A stretch of DNA of 64,000 bases, from contig MPMP01000005.1 in NCBI GenBank assembly GCA_002238565.1, positions 23,916 through 87,915 on the forward strand, written 5' to 3'. The translations under genes were made by a program, and so were the position numbers. Shown here piece by piece: positions 18,079 to 28,269 of the stretch (positions are counted from its first letter, which is position 1; each line of letters starts with the position of its first letter). Origin of the DNA: Albidovulum sp. bin36 (GTDB lineage: Bacteria; Pseudomonadota; Alphaproteobacteria; Rhodobacterales; Rhodobacteraceae). The notes beneath the pieces are model-generated. The model made no database searches, was not told where the DNA came from, and was given only the letters and a program-made list of their open reading frames with translations.

Positions 18079-21000
18079 GTGCTCCTTCAATTTTCGACGG
18101 GTTGGCGGCGGCAAGCCTTGAGAGGGAGTCCTTCGCGGAATTGAGCCTTGGCTGCCATAGATTCCTGTCCGCCGCCTCCAGCAGGCGCTCCGCGATTTCC
18201 CGCAGCGCCGCGGGATTGGAGGACGCGATAAAGTCCCTAGTGTCGTCGTCGACCAGGTAGGCTTCGTAGACGAGGTCAAAGTGGTGCGATTTCGCCGCAC
18301 CCGTCGTCGCCGCGAATGCGAAAAGGTAGTCGACTGTCGCGGCGATCTCGAACGCCCCCTTGTACCCGTGCCGCTTGATTCCCTTTATCCATTTCGGATT
18401 CACTGCCCGCGAGCGCACCACGCGGCCGAGTTCCTCCTCCAATGTTCGTATCGCAGGTCGCTCCGGCCTTGAATGGTCGTTGTGGAATATCGCCGGCCGC
18501 TCGCCGCGCAGGGATTCGACCGCCGCGGCCATGCCGCCTTCGAACTGGTAGTAGTCGTCGCTATCGAGCAGATCGTGCTCGCGGTTGTCCTGATTCTGCA
18601 CCACCGCCTCGACTGAAGAAAGGCGGCGCGCGAATTTTTCCCTGGCCTGGACGCCTTCCGCGCCCATACCGTATGCGTATCCGCCCCAATCGATGTAGAT
18701 CTTGCCGAGTTCCTCGCGTTCGCCCCATAGTTTTTCGTCGATCATCGCCTGCAGACCCGCGCCGTAGGCCCCCGGCATTGAACCGAATACCCTGAAGCCC
18801 GCATTCTCGGGGCCGGCGGCTTCCAGTTCGGAGCGATAGGATGCGGCGGCGGGATTGACGCTTTCGGGTTCATCGAGTTCCATGACGGCTCGAGTAGCGC
18901 TTGCGACAAGGTCGATCTGCGCGGGAAAGGCATCGCGGAAGAATCCCGAAATCCTCAGCGTGATGTCGACTCTCGGCCGGCCGAGAGAGTCGTGCGGCAA
19001 GATTTCGAAACCGGTTACGCGGCCGCTCGCTCCGTCCCAAGTCGGCCTGGCTCCAATCAAGGCGAGAGCTTGCGCAATGTCGTCTCCGCCCGTGCGCATG
19101 TTCGACGTGCCCCATGCGGTGATCGCCATGCGCCGGGGCCAGTCCCCGTTTTCCTGCGCAAAGCGCTCGATCAGGAGATTGGCCGATTTCCAGCCAAGTT
19201 CCCAGGCCGTTCTCGTCGGCAGGGCGCGGCTGTCGACGGAATAGAAGTTCCGGCCGGTCGGCAGAGTATCCAGCCTGCCTCGTGTCGGCGCGCCCGACGG
19301 TCCCGGCTGAATGTATTTTCCGTCGAGAGCCGCAAGAATCGAGTCGATCTCCGACCGGCCGGAACTGCCGACCGCCGGCCGAATTATTTTCTCGACGAAG
19401 TTCATCGCGCTGGCGGCTTCGTGACCCGGCGGCTCAGCCTCGCCGTCAACAAGCTTCCCGGCGAATATCTCGATTCTTTCCACGGTATCGCCCGAGGTTC
19501 TCCAAGGGTCGTCGGACACCCGGGCTAGCGGGGCCGGCTTAGGACCCGACCAGGCCTCGGCGAAATCGCAGTCGAGCGGATCGAATCGCCCGCCAAGTCC
19601 GAAATCGGTAGAAAGCGCGCGGTGCAGCGAGGGAATGTTCGTTTTGACCGCCATTTGCGGAAGGCGCGCCAGAGCGACCACGAGATCCCGCTCCTGGCTT
19701 CCCGTCGGCGAATGCCCGAATATATGCAGGCCGTCGCGGATTTGACTTTCCTTGATATCGCACAAATAGGCATCGATCTTTCGGAGCCGGCTGTCGGAGT
19801 CGTCGTCGCGGGAGATGCCCGCGTCGATATCCAGACGCATCGTGGCCGTCAGGGTCAGGATTTTTTCCTGCAGGCGCCTAACGCGCTTCGCGTCGAGGCC
19901 TGCGGCTTGATAGTATTCGTCGACCAGAATCTCGAGATCGCGAAGTTCGCCGTAACTTTCCGCCCTGGTTAAAGGCGGCGTCAAATGGTCGATTATTACC
20001 GCCTGCGACCGACGCTTCGCCTGGGTTCCTTCTCCGGGATCGTTAACGATGAACGGGTAAATGTTCGGAACGGGGCCGAGAATCGCTTCCGAAGCGCAGG
20101 CGGCCGACAGCCCTGCCGCCTTTCCTGGAAGCCATTCGAGATTGCCGTGCTTTCCCATATGGACGAATGCGTCGGCTCGGAAGCTTCGCCGTAGCCAGAA
20201 ATAAAACGCCGCGTAGTGATGGGGGGGCGGAAGGTCCGGGCTGTGATAGGCTTCAATCGGGTCGATATTGTAGCCTCTCGCAGGCTGAATGCCGACAGCG
20301 ACATTTCCGAATGCATGGATCGCAAGCGAGAATTCGCCGTTTTCGCAGAACGGATCCGATTCCGGCGATCCCCATCGGCCGACGATGGAGTCCCGGGTTT
20401 GAACCGGAAGCGCGTTGAATTCCGAATGGTATGCGCCTAGCGGCAGGCGCGCGCCGCCGGCTCGCTTAAATCTGTCGGGCAGCCAGTTGGTCGGCCCGGA
20501 TGTCAGCACATCCATTAATTCGCGCGACTCGGTTGGCGCGCCTTCCGCGTCGTAGCCCGCCCTCGCAAGAGCGGAAATCAGGAAGGCTGTCGATGCCGGC
20601 GTGTCTAGCCCGACGCCGTTGGCAAGCCTTCCGTCCTTGTTGGGATAGTTCGCCAATATAATCGCGGTTTTTCGTTTGCAGCGAGGGATATTCGCCAGTC
20701 GAGTCCACGATCGGGCCTGGTCGGCGACAAAATCGACTCTGTCCGCGCGAGGCTTGTAGCCGGCGATCGGACACTGCGTGGCCGCATCCAGTTTCGCTTC
20801 GGCCTTGAAGCTTATCGTCCGCGACATAAGGCGGCCGTCGACCTCCGGCAGCGCGACATTCATGGCGATATCCCTGGCGGGAAGGCCCGAATCGCTTGCC
20901 AGCCACTGCTCTTCGCCGCAGGAGCATAGAATAGCCTGGAGAACCGGCTTGCCCGGCGCATCCAGCGGCGTGCGCTTTCTGGGCGTGCCGAACTCCCCGC

Positions 21001-21823
21001 CTTCGGGAGAGCCGACGGCGAAACTGGTGCAGTTGACGACGACCGAGGGCTCCGCCTCCGAGAAAATGGATTCAATCGTGGCGGCCGAAAGAGGATCCTT
21101 TAGGGAAGCGACAAAGATCGGCATCGGATTCAAGCCGCGGTCGACAAGGCGGCGCACCAGTGCGTCTATTGGCTCCAGGCCGATTCCCTGCAGCAATGCC
21201 CGATAGAAAACGACAGCGGCTACCGGCGCGTCCCGCGACCATTGCCGGCGCAAATCGGTCATTCCGGAAATTTTGCGCCCGGGCCAGTACAGACCCGCCC
21301 GAAGAAGGGGGGTTGGAGGCGGCGGCCTTTGCGAGCCGTATACGAGATGGCGGCAAAACGACAGGAAATCGGATGCGTTGCCGGGACCGCCTTCGGCGCA
21401 GTAGCCGGCCAGCTGCGCCCAGTCCTGCCTGGAAATCGTGGAAATTCCGAAGAGTTCTTCGTCGGGACGGTCGTCGCCCGGCAGCGCCGCGAACATGGTT
21501 CCGTTTTCCGGCAGCCTGCTTGAGAATTGCTCCATGGCGTATCGCCAGTACGACATTCCGCCCAGCGCCCTCGCCACGACGAGCTTCGCTCCGCTCGCCG
21601 TCTTGTCGACGTACAGGTCCGTCGAAAAAGGATGCGAGAGCCAGGATAGATTCGCCAGCCTCAAGAATTCCGGCGGGTTGCCCGCGGCGGAATTCGCCGC
21701 GGACAAAGCGGCGAGATCGGTATCCGCGGCCGAAAGAAAAACTACGTCCGCAGGCGCCTGCTCCGGGTCGACCGGCTCAGTTCCGTCGGCAATCGTTCCC
21801 GCTTGCGCGGCGAGCAGGTGCAT
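18065..21823 (-). CDS. cobN: cobaltochelatase large subunit
   Basis: 1252 aa CobN/Mg-chelatase H family. Its size and its position between cobW and cobO fit. Confidence 0.92.
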   Translation of the reverse strand: MHLLAAQAGTIADGTEPVDPEQAPADVVFLSAADTDLAALSAANSAAGNPPEFLRLANLSWLSHPFSTDLYVDKTASGAKLVVARALGGMSYWRYAMEQFSSRLPENGTMFAALPGDDRPDEELFGISTISRQDWAQLAGYCAEGGPGNASDFLSFCRHLVYGSQRPPPPTPLLRAGLYWPGRKISGMTDLRRQWSRDAPVAAVVFYRALLQGIGLEPIDALVRRLVDRGLNPMPIFVASLKDPLSAATIESIFSEAEPSVVVNCTSFAVGSPEGGEFGTPRKRTPLDAPGKPVLQAILCSCGEEQWLASDSGLPARDIAMNVALPEVDGRLMSRTISFKAEAKLDAATQCPIAGYKPRADRVDFVADQARSWTRLANIPRCKRKTAIILANYPNKDGRLANGVGLDTPASTAFLISALARAGYDAEGAPTESRELMDVLTSGPTNWLPDRFKRAGGARLPLGAYHSEFNALPVQTRDSIVGRWGSPESDPFCENGEFSLAIHAFGNVAVGIQPARGYNIDPIEAYHSPDLPPPHHYAAFYFWLRRSFRADAFVHMGKHGNLEWLPGKAAGLSAACASEAILGPVPNIYPFIVNDPGEGTQAKRRSQAVIIDHLTPPLTRAESYGELRDLEILVDEYYQAAGLDAKRVRRLQEKILTLTATMRLDIDAGISRDDDSDSRLRKIDAYLCDIKESQIRDGLHIFGHSPTGSQERDLVVALARLPQMAVKTNIPSLHRALSTDFGLGGRFDPLDCDFAEAWSGPKPAPLARVSDDPWRTSGDTVERIEIFAGKLVDGEAEPPGHEAASAMNFVEKIIRPAVGSSGRSEIDSILAALDGKYIQPGPSGAPTRGRLDTLPTGRNFYSVDSRALPTRTAWELGWKSANLLIERFAQENGDWPRRMAITAWGTSNMRTGGDDIAQALALIGARPTWDGASGRVTGFEILPHDSLGRPRVDITLRISGFFRDAFPAQIDLVASATRAVMELDEPESVNPAAASYRSELEAAGPENAGFRVFGSMPGAYGAGLQAMIDEKLWGEREELGKIYIDWGGYAYGMGAEGVQAREKFARRLSSVEAVVQNQDNREHDLLDSDDYYQFEGGMAAAVESLRGERPAIFHNDHSRPERPAIRTLEEELGRVVRSRAVNPKWIKGIKRHGYKGAFEIAATVDYLFAFAATTGAAKSHHFDLVYEAYLVDDDTRDFIASSNPAALREIAERLLEAADRNLWQPRLNSAKDSLSRLAAANPSKIEGAHDAE

Positions 21824-21827
21824 GCGA

Positions 21828-22934
21828 TCACTCGGCGGCTTCGCGCAGGCGCCGCGAAATTTCCTCCCTGTCCAGGTTGCTGTAGCCGATTACGACCAGC
21901 TTGGTTTCGCGCGGCTCGCCGGTTTCGAACGGCCTGTCGTAATATTTTTCCACGTTGGCCCCCACGGCCTGCACGACCAGCCGCATAGACCTATTCGCTA
22001 TGGACGCGAATCCCTTGACCCGCAGCAGGGTGAATTCCGCCATTGCTTCCTCTATGGCCCGAACCAATTCGGCAACGTCGCGAATCGGCGGCAAATCGAC
22101 GACGAAGGATTCGAATTCGTCGTGTTCGCCATGTTCGTCTCCGTCCGCATGAACGTGATGGATCTCCCTTCGGGTGCCGGCATCGGATTCCGCCTCCAAA
22201 CCGAATCCCAGCAGAACGTCGGGATCCAGCGCGCCGTTGACTGCCGGCAATATGCGCACGCCCTTGCGAGCCTTGGCGGCAAGCTCCTCCACGACCTTTA
22301 TGCGTTCGCCTTCCGTAATCAGGTCCGATTTACTAAGGACGACCATGTCGGCGCAGTTCAGCTGATCTTCGAACAATTCTTCCAGCGGACGCTTATGATC
22401 CGGGGCTAGCTCCAATCCTTCGCTCAAATACTTGCCCGCCGAAAAGCTGCCGTTTACCTTTCGCGCGCTTTTCATGCCGTAATTTCCGGCGCTAATTCTC
22501 AAGTCGTCGCGGTGCTTCTCCGCGGCGACCTCGCCGTCGACAACGGCGATAACGGCATCGACGGTCAAGCGATTTCGAATGTCCGGCCAGCCGAAGGCGC
22601 GAACAAGAGGCTGAGGCAGCGCGAGTCCCGAAGTTTCGATGACTATATTGTCGGGAAGCTCCTTCCGGTCGAGAAGCAATTGCATCGTCGGAATGAAGTC
22701 TTCGGCGACCGTGCAGCAGATGCATCCGTTCGAGAGCTCGATGATATCGCCTTCGGCGCAGTCTTCGATCCCGCAGCCGCGCATAATCTCGCCGTCGACG
22801 CCGAGATCGCCGAATTCATTGACGACCAGCGCGATGCGCCGTCCTCCGGCGTTTTTCATCAAGTGGCTGATCAAGGTCGTTTTACCGGATCCAAGGAATC
22901 CCGTAACGATTGTCGCGGGTATTTTCTGGGCCAT
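21828..22934 (-). CDS. cobW: COG0523 metallochaperone GTPase CobW
   Basis: GFLGSGKTTL P-loop, CICCT metal motif, His/Asp/Glu-rich stretch HHVHADGDEHGEHDEFE. Directly upstream of cobN. Confidence 0.9.
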   Translation of the reverse strand: MAQKIPATIVTGFLGSGKTTLISHLMKNAGGRRIALVVNEFGDLGVDGEIMRGCGIEDCAEGDIIELSNGCICCTVAEDFIPTMQLLLDRKELPDNIVIETSGLALPQPLVRAFGWPDIRNRLTVDAVIAVVDGEVAAEKHRDDLRISAGNYGMKSARKVNGSFSAGKYLSEGLELAPDHKRPLEELFEDQLNCADMVVLSKSDLITEGERIKVVEELAAKARKGVRILPAVNGALDPDVLLGFGLEAESDAGTRREIHHVHADGDEHGEHDEFESFVVDLPPIRDVAELVRAIEEAMAEFTLLRVKGFASIANRSMRLVVQAVGANVEKYYDRPFETGEPRETKLVVIGYSNLDREEISRRLREAAE

Positions 22935-23306
22935 GCTGTGTCCGCCTTTGCGTCAAGAATTGGTAGGGGAATGCAAATGGCTCGCGCCTGTTTCCGTTTG
23001 CCTTTCGCTCAATGCCCCATCCCGACTCGGAATTCAATTGCGCGTCATTGACTTTTTCGGTTTGCCGCCGCTTCGCGGCATCGATTATCGGGCGTTCGGC
23101 GCGGTATTCCGAAGCGCCGAACGAAATAGCCGGCGACAATGGACTGCGAGCGCGGAGTCCCCGGTTCGCGCCGGTCAGGCGCTAAGAACTCCGCCGGTCC
23201 CGATTTGGAGCGCGGGCCTTTTTGAAGGAAGGGTTCTCGTTCCGACGCAATTGCGAATTCGCGGAAAGCGGAATTTGGCCCGGCGGTCGCGCGGCATCGC
23301 GGGATT

Positions 23307-24092
23307 TCATGCGGTCGGGTCGCGCATAATCCATCGTTCTACCTCCCGGGCGGTCACGAAAACATCCCCGCATTCGGTCGCGTTCGCCTCGGCAGGGCGT
23401 TCGACCATGTGTACCGGAATCCCGATTCGCGCGGCGGCGCGCAGCTTTGAAAGCCCTGCGCGCCCGCCGGAGTTTCTGCAAAGCAGGCAAGTCGCGGCGT
23501 ATTTTTCAAGCGCGGCCAGTTCCTTTTCCGGGTCGCCCGCCGGACGCGCCGCGACGGCGCGGCAATTGCCGGGCAGCGCCTTGTCGTCGACGGGTTCGGC
23601 GACGCGGACAATGAATCGGCAGTCGTTTCGAATTTCCAGGAACGCGCGCTCGGGCGACCGGAATATTCCCGAACCGATGGTCGCGAAAACGCGCGACCCG
23701 CCGGGCAGCGCCTTGATGGCGGACGGCAAATCCGGAAAGGATTTCCAGGCGCCGTCGCGCCCGTTGAGCCAGGACGGCCTTTCCAGGCGAGCCCGCCGAG
23801 CCCCCGCGAGCGCTGCCGCGGAGCGCGCATTGGCCGTTATGCGCAACGCGAACGGATGGGTTGCATCGACAAGATGCGTGTAGCCGCCTCGCCGCAGTTC
23901 GTCCGCCAGGCCGTCCGCGCCGCCGAAGCCGCCGGCGCGAACCGGAACCTCGTAGCGGGCCGGGGCGGACGTCGCACCGGCAAGAGAGGCGACGGCCTCG
24001 ACTTCCTTCATCCGGGAAAGCCGCCCGCAGAGTTCCCTCGCATCGGCTGTTCCCGCAAGAACCATAATCTTCCTTTGTCCTTTGGATGCCAT
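23307..24092 (-). CDS. cobK: precorrin-6A / cobalt-precorrin-6A reductase
   Basis: 261 aa. IMVLAGTADARELCGRL...GGFGGADGLADELRRGGYTHLVDATHPFA is typical of CobK/CbiJ. Confidence 0.85.
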   Translation of the reverse strand: MASKGQRKIMVLAGTADARELCGRLSRMKEVEAVASLAGATSAPARYEVPVRAGGFGGADGLADELRRGGYTHLVDATHPFALRITANARSAAALAGARRARLERPSWLNGRDGAWKSFPDLPSAIKALPGGSRVFATIGSGIFRSPERAFLEIRNDCRFIVRVAEPVDDKALPGNCRAVAARPAGDPEKELAALEKYAATCLLCRNSGGRAGLSKLRAAARIGIPVHMVERPAEANATECGDVFVTAREVERWIMRDPTA

Positions 24093-24100
24093 TTTCGGAA

Positions 24101-25207
24101 TTATTTCGGAAAGCGGATTCGGCTGCTGCGCGCGGCGATATTGCCGAAGCGGTCCACAACCATGATTTCGACCGCGACCTCGGCTCCGGAAAGCAGAGCT
24201 TCCGCCTCCGCGCGCGCCGCCTTGGCTACTTCTTCGGCAAGCCCCGGCCCGGCGATGGCCAGAGCTTGCATGGCGGAATTCGCCTGCGCGACGGCCTTGG
24301 AAACGGACTCGCCGGAACCGGCGATCGCCGCTCGCTTGGCAAGGAGCGCAAAATCGATCCTTGAACGGGAAGAGTGGAGATCCGCGGCGCCCTGCGCCAG
24401 TTTGGCGAGTTTTCCGAAGCCTCCGCTAATGGTGAGCATCGGAATAGGGTGGCGCCGCAGATATTTAAGCAATCCGCCGGCGAAATCCCCCATATCGAGC
24501 ATCGCGAAATCCGGCAGCCCGTAGAAGTTCTGGGCAACCGATTCCGAAGTCGATCCGGTGGCCGCCGCGACATGCGTCGCGCCGGCGGCCCTGGCCACGT
24601 CGATGCCCCTGTGAATCGACGCGATCCAGGCGGAGCATGAAAAAGGGCGAACGATTCCCGTCGTGCCGAGAATCGATAGCCCGCCGACAATTCCCAGCCG
24701 CGGGTTCCAGGTTTGCAGCGCAAGCTCCCTGCCTCCGGGGATTGAAATTTCCACGCTGAAATCTTCCGGCTCGCCGCAGGATCGCGCGATGTCGCGTATC
24801 GCGGCCGCCATCATTTGCCGAGGCACCGGGTTGATCGCCGGCTGCCCGGGCTCGATCGGCAGTCCCGGCATGGATACCGTGCCGACCCCTTCGCCCGCCA
24901 AAAAGACGATTCCCGACCCGCTCGGGAGCGGTCGAACCGTCGACGCTACAATGCAGCCATGCGTAACGTCCGGATCGTCGCCGGCATCCTTGCGAACGGC
25001 CGCCTCCGCCCAGGACGAGCCTAGCGCCTTGAACTCGAGAGGAAACCGGGGCGTCTGGCCCCTGGGCAATTCGATTCGCACCGGATCGGTCCACTTGCCG
25101 GTCAAAAGAGCCCGGCATGCCGCGGCCGTCGCCGCCGTCGCGCACGCCCCTGTTGTAAAACCGAATTTTAGGTCGGGAGATCGTTTTTCGGCCATGGTCG
25201 CGATCAT
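24101..25207 (-). CDS. cbiD: cobalt-precorrin-5B (C1)-methyltransferase
   Basis: 368 aa. FGFTTGACATAATAAACRALL and LSILGTTGIVRPFSCSAW are CbiD hallmarks. Confidence 0.88.
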   Translation of the reverse strand: MIATMAEKRSPDLKFGFTTGACATAATAAACRALLTGKWTDPVRIELPRGQTPRFPLEFKALGSSWAEAAVRKDAGDDPDVTHGCIVASTVRPLPSGSGIVFLAGEGVGTVSMPGLPIEPGQPAINPVPRQMMAAAIRDIARSCGEPEDFSVEISIPGGRELALQTWNPRLGIVGGLSILGTTGIVRPFSCSAWIASIHRGIDVARAAGATHVAAATGSTSESVAQNFYGLPDFAMLDMGDFAGGLLKYLRRHPIPMLTISGGFGKLAKLAQGAADLHSSRSRIDFALLAKRAAIAGSGESVSKAVAQANSAMQALAIAGPGLAEEVAKAARAEAEALLSGAEVAVEIMVVDRFGNIAARSSRIRFPK

Positions 25208-25293
25208 ATATGGTAATCTCGTCCTGCGCGATTGCCAAAATGCATTGATTTTGCTCGAAAATCGGCTTCGGTGCGATTAATGATCCGGTTGCA

Positions 25294-26187
25294 ATGAATC
25301 AGATACGATCCAATCGAAGTCCGCTGCCGCGGGAGGCCGAATTTCTGCCGCGCGGAAACTGGCCCGATTTCCCGCCGGGGCTCGTCTGGCTGGTGGGGGC
25401 GGGCCCGGGCGACCCCGGTCTTATGACTCTGCACGGATTGAATGCATTGAGGCGCGCGGATCATGTCGTCTACGATGCATTGGCCAATCCCGCGATACTT
25501 GAATGGTGCTCGCCGGGCACGAAGCTGGAATTCGCCGGCAAGCGCGGAGGCCGGCCTTCGCCGGAGCAAAGGAGCATAACCTTTCGGCTTATCGAACTCG
25601 CCAAAAGCGGCGCGAGAGTGCTGCGGCTCAAGGGCGGCGACCCGTTCACGTTCGCGCGAGGCGGCGAGGAAGCGATAATGCTGACCCGCGCCGGCGTTCC
25701 GGTTCGAATAACGCCGGGGATAACGGCCGGCATCGGCGGCCTGGCGTATGCGGGAATTCCGTTGACGCACCGCGACGTCAATCATTCGGTAACCTTGGTA
25801 ACGGGCCATGACACGGACGGCGCCGGAGCGAATGCGGTCGATTGGAAAGCTCTTTCCAGGGGGTCGCAAGTCATAGTGCTCTACATGGCATCGAGATGGT
25901 TCAGATCGATCGCCGAAATATTTCTGGCCTCGGGGCGCGATCCAAACGAACCCGTCGCCGTTGTGAGCCAGGCAACGACCCCGAATCAAGCCGTTCTCGA
26001 AACGAAGCTTTACCGCGCAGCCGACGATATGGACGAATCGGGAATCAAGCCGCCATCCATAATCTGCGTAGGCCGCAATGTTCCGATCAGGCATGCAATC
26101 GAGTGGCTGCCGCATTCGGAAAACGCCCCGGAGGCGGACTTGCCCGCAGCGGCCTCCGCGACCGAAATCGCGCGGCTAGCTCGGTGA
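25294..26187 (+). CDS. cobA: uroporphyrinogen-III C-methyltransferase (SUMT)
   Basis: VWLVGAGPGDPGLMTLHGLNALRRADHVVYD...LKGGDPFTFARGGEE. Confidence 0.88.
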   Translation: MNQIRSNRSPLPREAEFLPRGNWPDFPPGLVWLVGAGPGDPGLMTLHGLNALRRADHVVYDALANPAILEWCSPGTKLEFAGKRGGRPSPEQRSITFRLIELAKSGARVLRLKGGDPFTFARGGEEAIMLTRAGVPVRITPGITAGIGGLAYAGIPLTHRDVNHSVTLVTGHDTDGAGANAVDWKALSRGSQVIVLYMASRWFRSIAEIFLASGRDPNEPVAVVSQATTPNQAVLETKLYRAADDMDESGIKPPSIICVGRNVPIRHAIEWLPHSENAPEADLPAAASATEIARLAR

Positions 26188-27497
26188 TTCGAGGCCTGGC
26201 AATTACCGCGCCCTCGACGGGAGCGGGCAAAACAGTTCTTTCTCTCGGAATCATGCGAGCCCTTTCGAATCGGAAGATGCGCGTCGTTCCGGCAAAATGC
26301 GGTCCAGATTATATCGATCCCCAGTATCACGCTCTTGCCTGCGGGTCGCCTTCGTTCAATCTGGATCCCTGGGCTATGGACGCGCCGCTCGTTCGAAGCC
26401 TGGTCGCGTCGGCCGCGGACGATTCGGAGAATCGGATTCTTGTCGTCGAAGGGGCCATGGGCGTTCTCGACGGAGCCGGGAAGGATGGCTCGGGAAGTAC
26501 GGCGCACCTTGCATCCCTTCTCGGATTGCCGCTGATCATGGTCGTCGATGTCAGGGGGCAGTCGCATTCCAGTGCGCTCGCGCCGGTCGGCCTGCGAGCG
26601 CTCAAGCCCGAAATCGAACTTGCCGGGGTGATTCTGAACAGAGTCGGTTCCGTTCGGCACGAGGCGATGGTTCGAAGTTCGCTCGAGGCGAGCGGGGTGA
26701 CGGTTTTCGGAGCGGTGCCCAGGGACGGCGAGCTCGAATTGCCGTCCAGGCATCTTGGCCTCGTGCCGGCCGGGGAGCACGAGGGAATTGAAAGCTTCTT
26801 GTCCGCCGCCGCCGCCGCGGTCGAGCGAAATGTCGATTTGGCCAAGGTGGCGGCGGCGGCTGAAGTTCCGATTCTAAATGGAGGAATTCGCCAGGATTTC
26901 GGCATCCCGCCGCTGGGACAGCGAATCGCGGTGGCTTGCGACGAAGCGTTCGTCTTTGCGTACAGCCATCTTGTCGACGGATGGCGAAGAGCCGGCGCCG
27001 AGCTTCGCTTTTTTTCTCCTCTGGCGGATTCGGGTCCCTGCGAGGGCTGCGACTCGGTTTTCCTTCCGGGCGGCTATCCCGAGCTCCATGCGGGCCGCCT
27101 GGCCTCATGCCGAAGATTCAGGGCGGGCATGCGCGCTTCCGTCGAAAAGGGCGCGGTCGTCTACGGCGAATGCGGCGGCTACATGGTGCTGGGCGACGGT
27201 CTCGAAGACGCTTGCGGCGCGAGGCACGCCATGCTGGGATTGCTGCCGGTTGAAACGACATTCCGCGATCGCCGGCTCTGCCTCGGCTACCGCGACCTGG
27301 TTGCCGAACCCGAAGCGCCGTTCAAAGGATCATTCAAAGGCCATGAATTCCACTACGCGCGCATATCCGCGACCGGTTCCGCCCCGAGCTTGTTTTCAGC
27401 CAGCGATTCCTTCGGCGAGGATCTGGGCGGCATCGGACACGTCGCAGGCCGCGTGAGCGGTTCGTTTGCCCATCTTATCTGCGCGCCCGGCGGGTAG
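26184..27497 (+). CDS. cobB: cobyrinate a,c-diamide synthase
   Basis: A GTG at 26184 overlapping the cobA TGA (GTGA) was chosen inside track ORF 25842..27497. GLAITAPSTGAGKTVLSLGIMRAL...AKCGPDYIDP, with a C-terminal amidotransferase region (GECGGYMVLG). The start is moderately uncertain. Confidence 0.82.
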   Translation: MIRGLAITAPSTGAGKTVLSLGIMRALSNRKMRVVPAKCGPDYIDPQYHALACGSPSFNLDPWAMDAPLVRSLVASAADDSENRILVVEGAMGVLDGAGKDGSGSTAHLASLLGLPLIMVVDVRGQSHSSALAPVGLRALKPEIELAGVILNRVGSVRHEAMVRSSLEASGVTVFGAVPRDGELELPSRHLGLVPAGEHEGIESFLSAAAAAVERNVDLAKVAAAAEVPILNGGIRQDFGIPPLGQRIAVACDEAFVFAYSHLVDGWRRAGAELRFFSPLADSGPCEGCDSVFLPGGYPELHAGRLASCRRFRAGMRASVEKGAVVYGECGGYMVLGDGLEDACGARHAMLGLLPVETTFRDRRLCLGYRDLVAEPEAPFKGSFKGHEFHYARISATGSAPSLFSASDSFGEDLGGIGHVAGRVSGSFAHLICAPGG

Positions 27498-28269
27498 GCT
27501 TTTTTTCTCGTCCGGCGAATGGCCTAAGCAAATGCGGCCGGGCGGGATCGTAAAGCGCGCTTTCCTTGACATCCTGCCCCCGGAGGCTGCGGCCGACGAA
27601 TATCAGCGCCGAGCGCGTAATTTTTTTCCCTCTGATTTCGTCGACGAGGCTTAGCAAGTCGGTGCGAATTATCTCCTGTTCTGGCCAGCCGATTCGATAG
27701 GCGATCACGGCCGGGCAGTCCGCGCCGTAAAGAGGAATGAGACGGCGCTGTATCTCGCGCGAATTTCGGACCGAAAGGTGTATTGCCAATAGCGCGCCGG
27801 TCGCTCCGAGCGAGTCCAGATCTTCGCCGACGGGCATCGCGGTCGACTTCATGGACGTGCGCGTTAGAATTATCGTCTGCGCGAATTCGGGCATGGTCAG
27901 CTCCTGGCCCATCGCGGCCGCGGCGGCCGCGAAGGCCGGAACGCCCGGAACGATTTCATACGGGATGCCGAGCGCGTCGAGCCTGTTGATCTGCTCTCCT
28001 ATGGCCCCGTAGATCGAAGGATCTCCGGAATGCACGCGAGCCACATGCCGCCCGCTCTCGTGAGCTGCGGAGATAATCGAGATGATCTCGTCAAGATGCA
28101 AGCTTGCCGTGTCGGTGACCATTGCATCCGCCGGGGCGCAGGCGATCACGGCTTCCGGCACGAGGGAGCCTGCGTAGAGGCAGACTCCGCACGATTCGAT
28201 TAGGCGCCTGCCCTTGACGGTAATGAGTTCAGGGTCGCCGGGTCCGGCGCCAATAAAATATACCGTCAT
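27475..28269 (-). CDS. cobM: precorrin-4 / cobalt-precorrin-4 C11-methyltransferase
   Basis: Internal ATG at 28269 (ATGA overlap with the upstream stop). MTVYFIGAGPGDPELITVKG...VHSGDPSIYGA. Confidence 0.88.
   Translation of the reverse strand: MTVYFIGAGPGDPELITVKGRRLIESCGVCLYAGSLVPEAVIACAPADAMVTDTASLHLDEIISIISAAHESGRHVARVHSGDPSIYGAIGEQINRLDALGIPYEIVPGVPAFAAAAAAMGQELTMPEFAQTIILTRTSMKSTAMPVGEDLDSLGATGALLAIHLSVRNSREIQRRLIPLYGADCPAVIAYRIGWPEQEIIRTDLLSLVDEIRGKKITRSALIFVGRSLRGQDVKESALYDPARPHLLRPFAGREKKPTRRARR

Noticed and set aside
22935-23306. 372-nt cobK-cobW intergenic region as a cobalamin riboswitch
   Set aside because: The location is plausible and it contains stable hairpins (for example TTCGGCGC...GCGCCGAA). 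However, I could not find the conserved B12-box or the GGGAA/CCGGTG core by eye. It is not annotated and needs an Rfam RF00174 scan.
24465-26115. Overlapping long ORFs (24465..25238 and 25204..26115, minus strand) in the cbiD/cobA region
   Set aside because: They are alternative-frame or antisense reads of cbiD and cobA, both of which carry strong family motifs, and their composition is Arg/Gly-rich.
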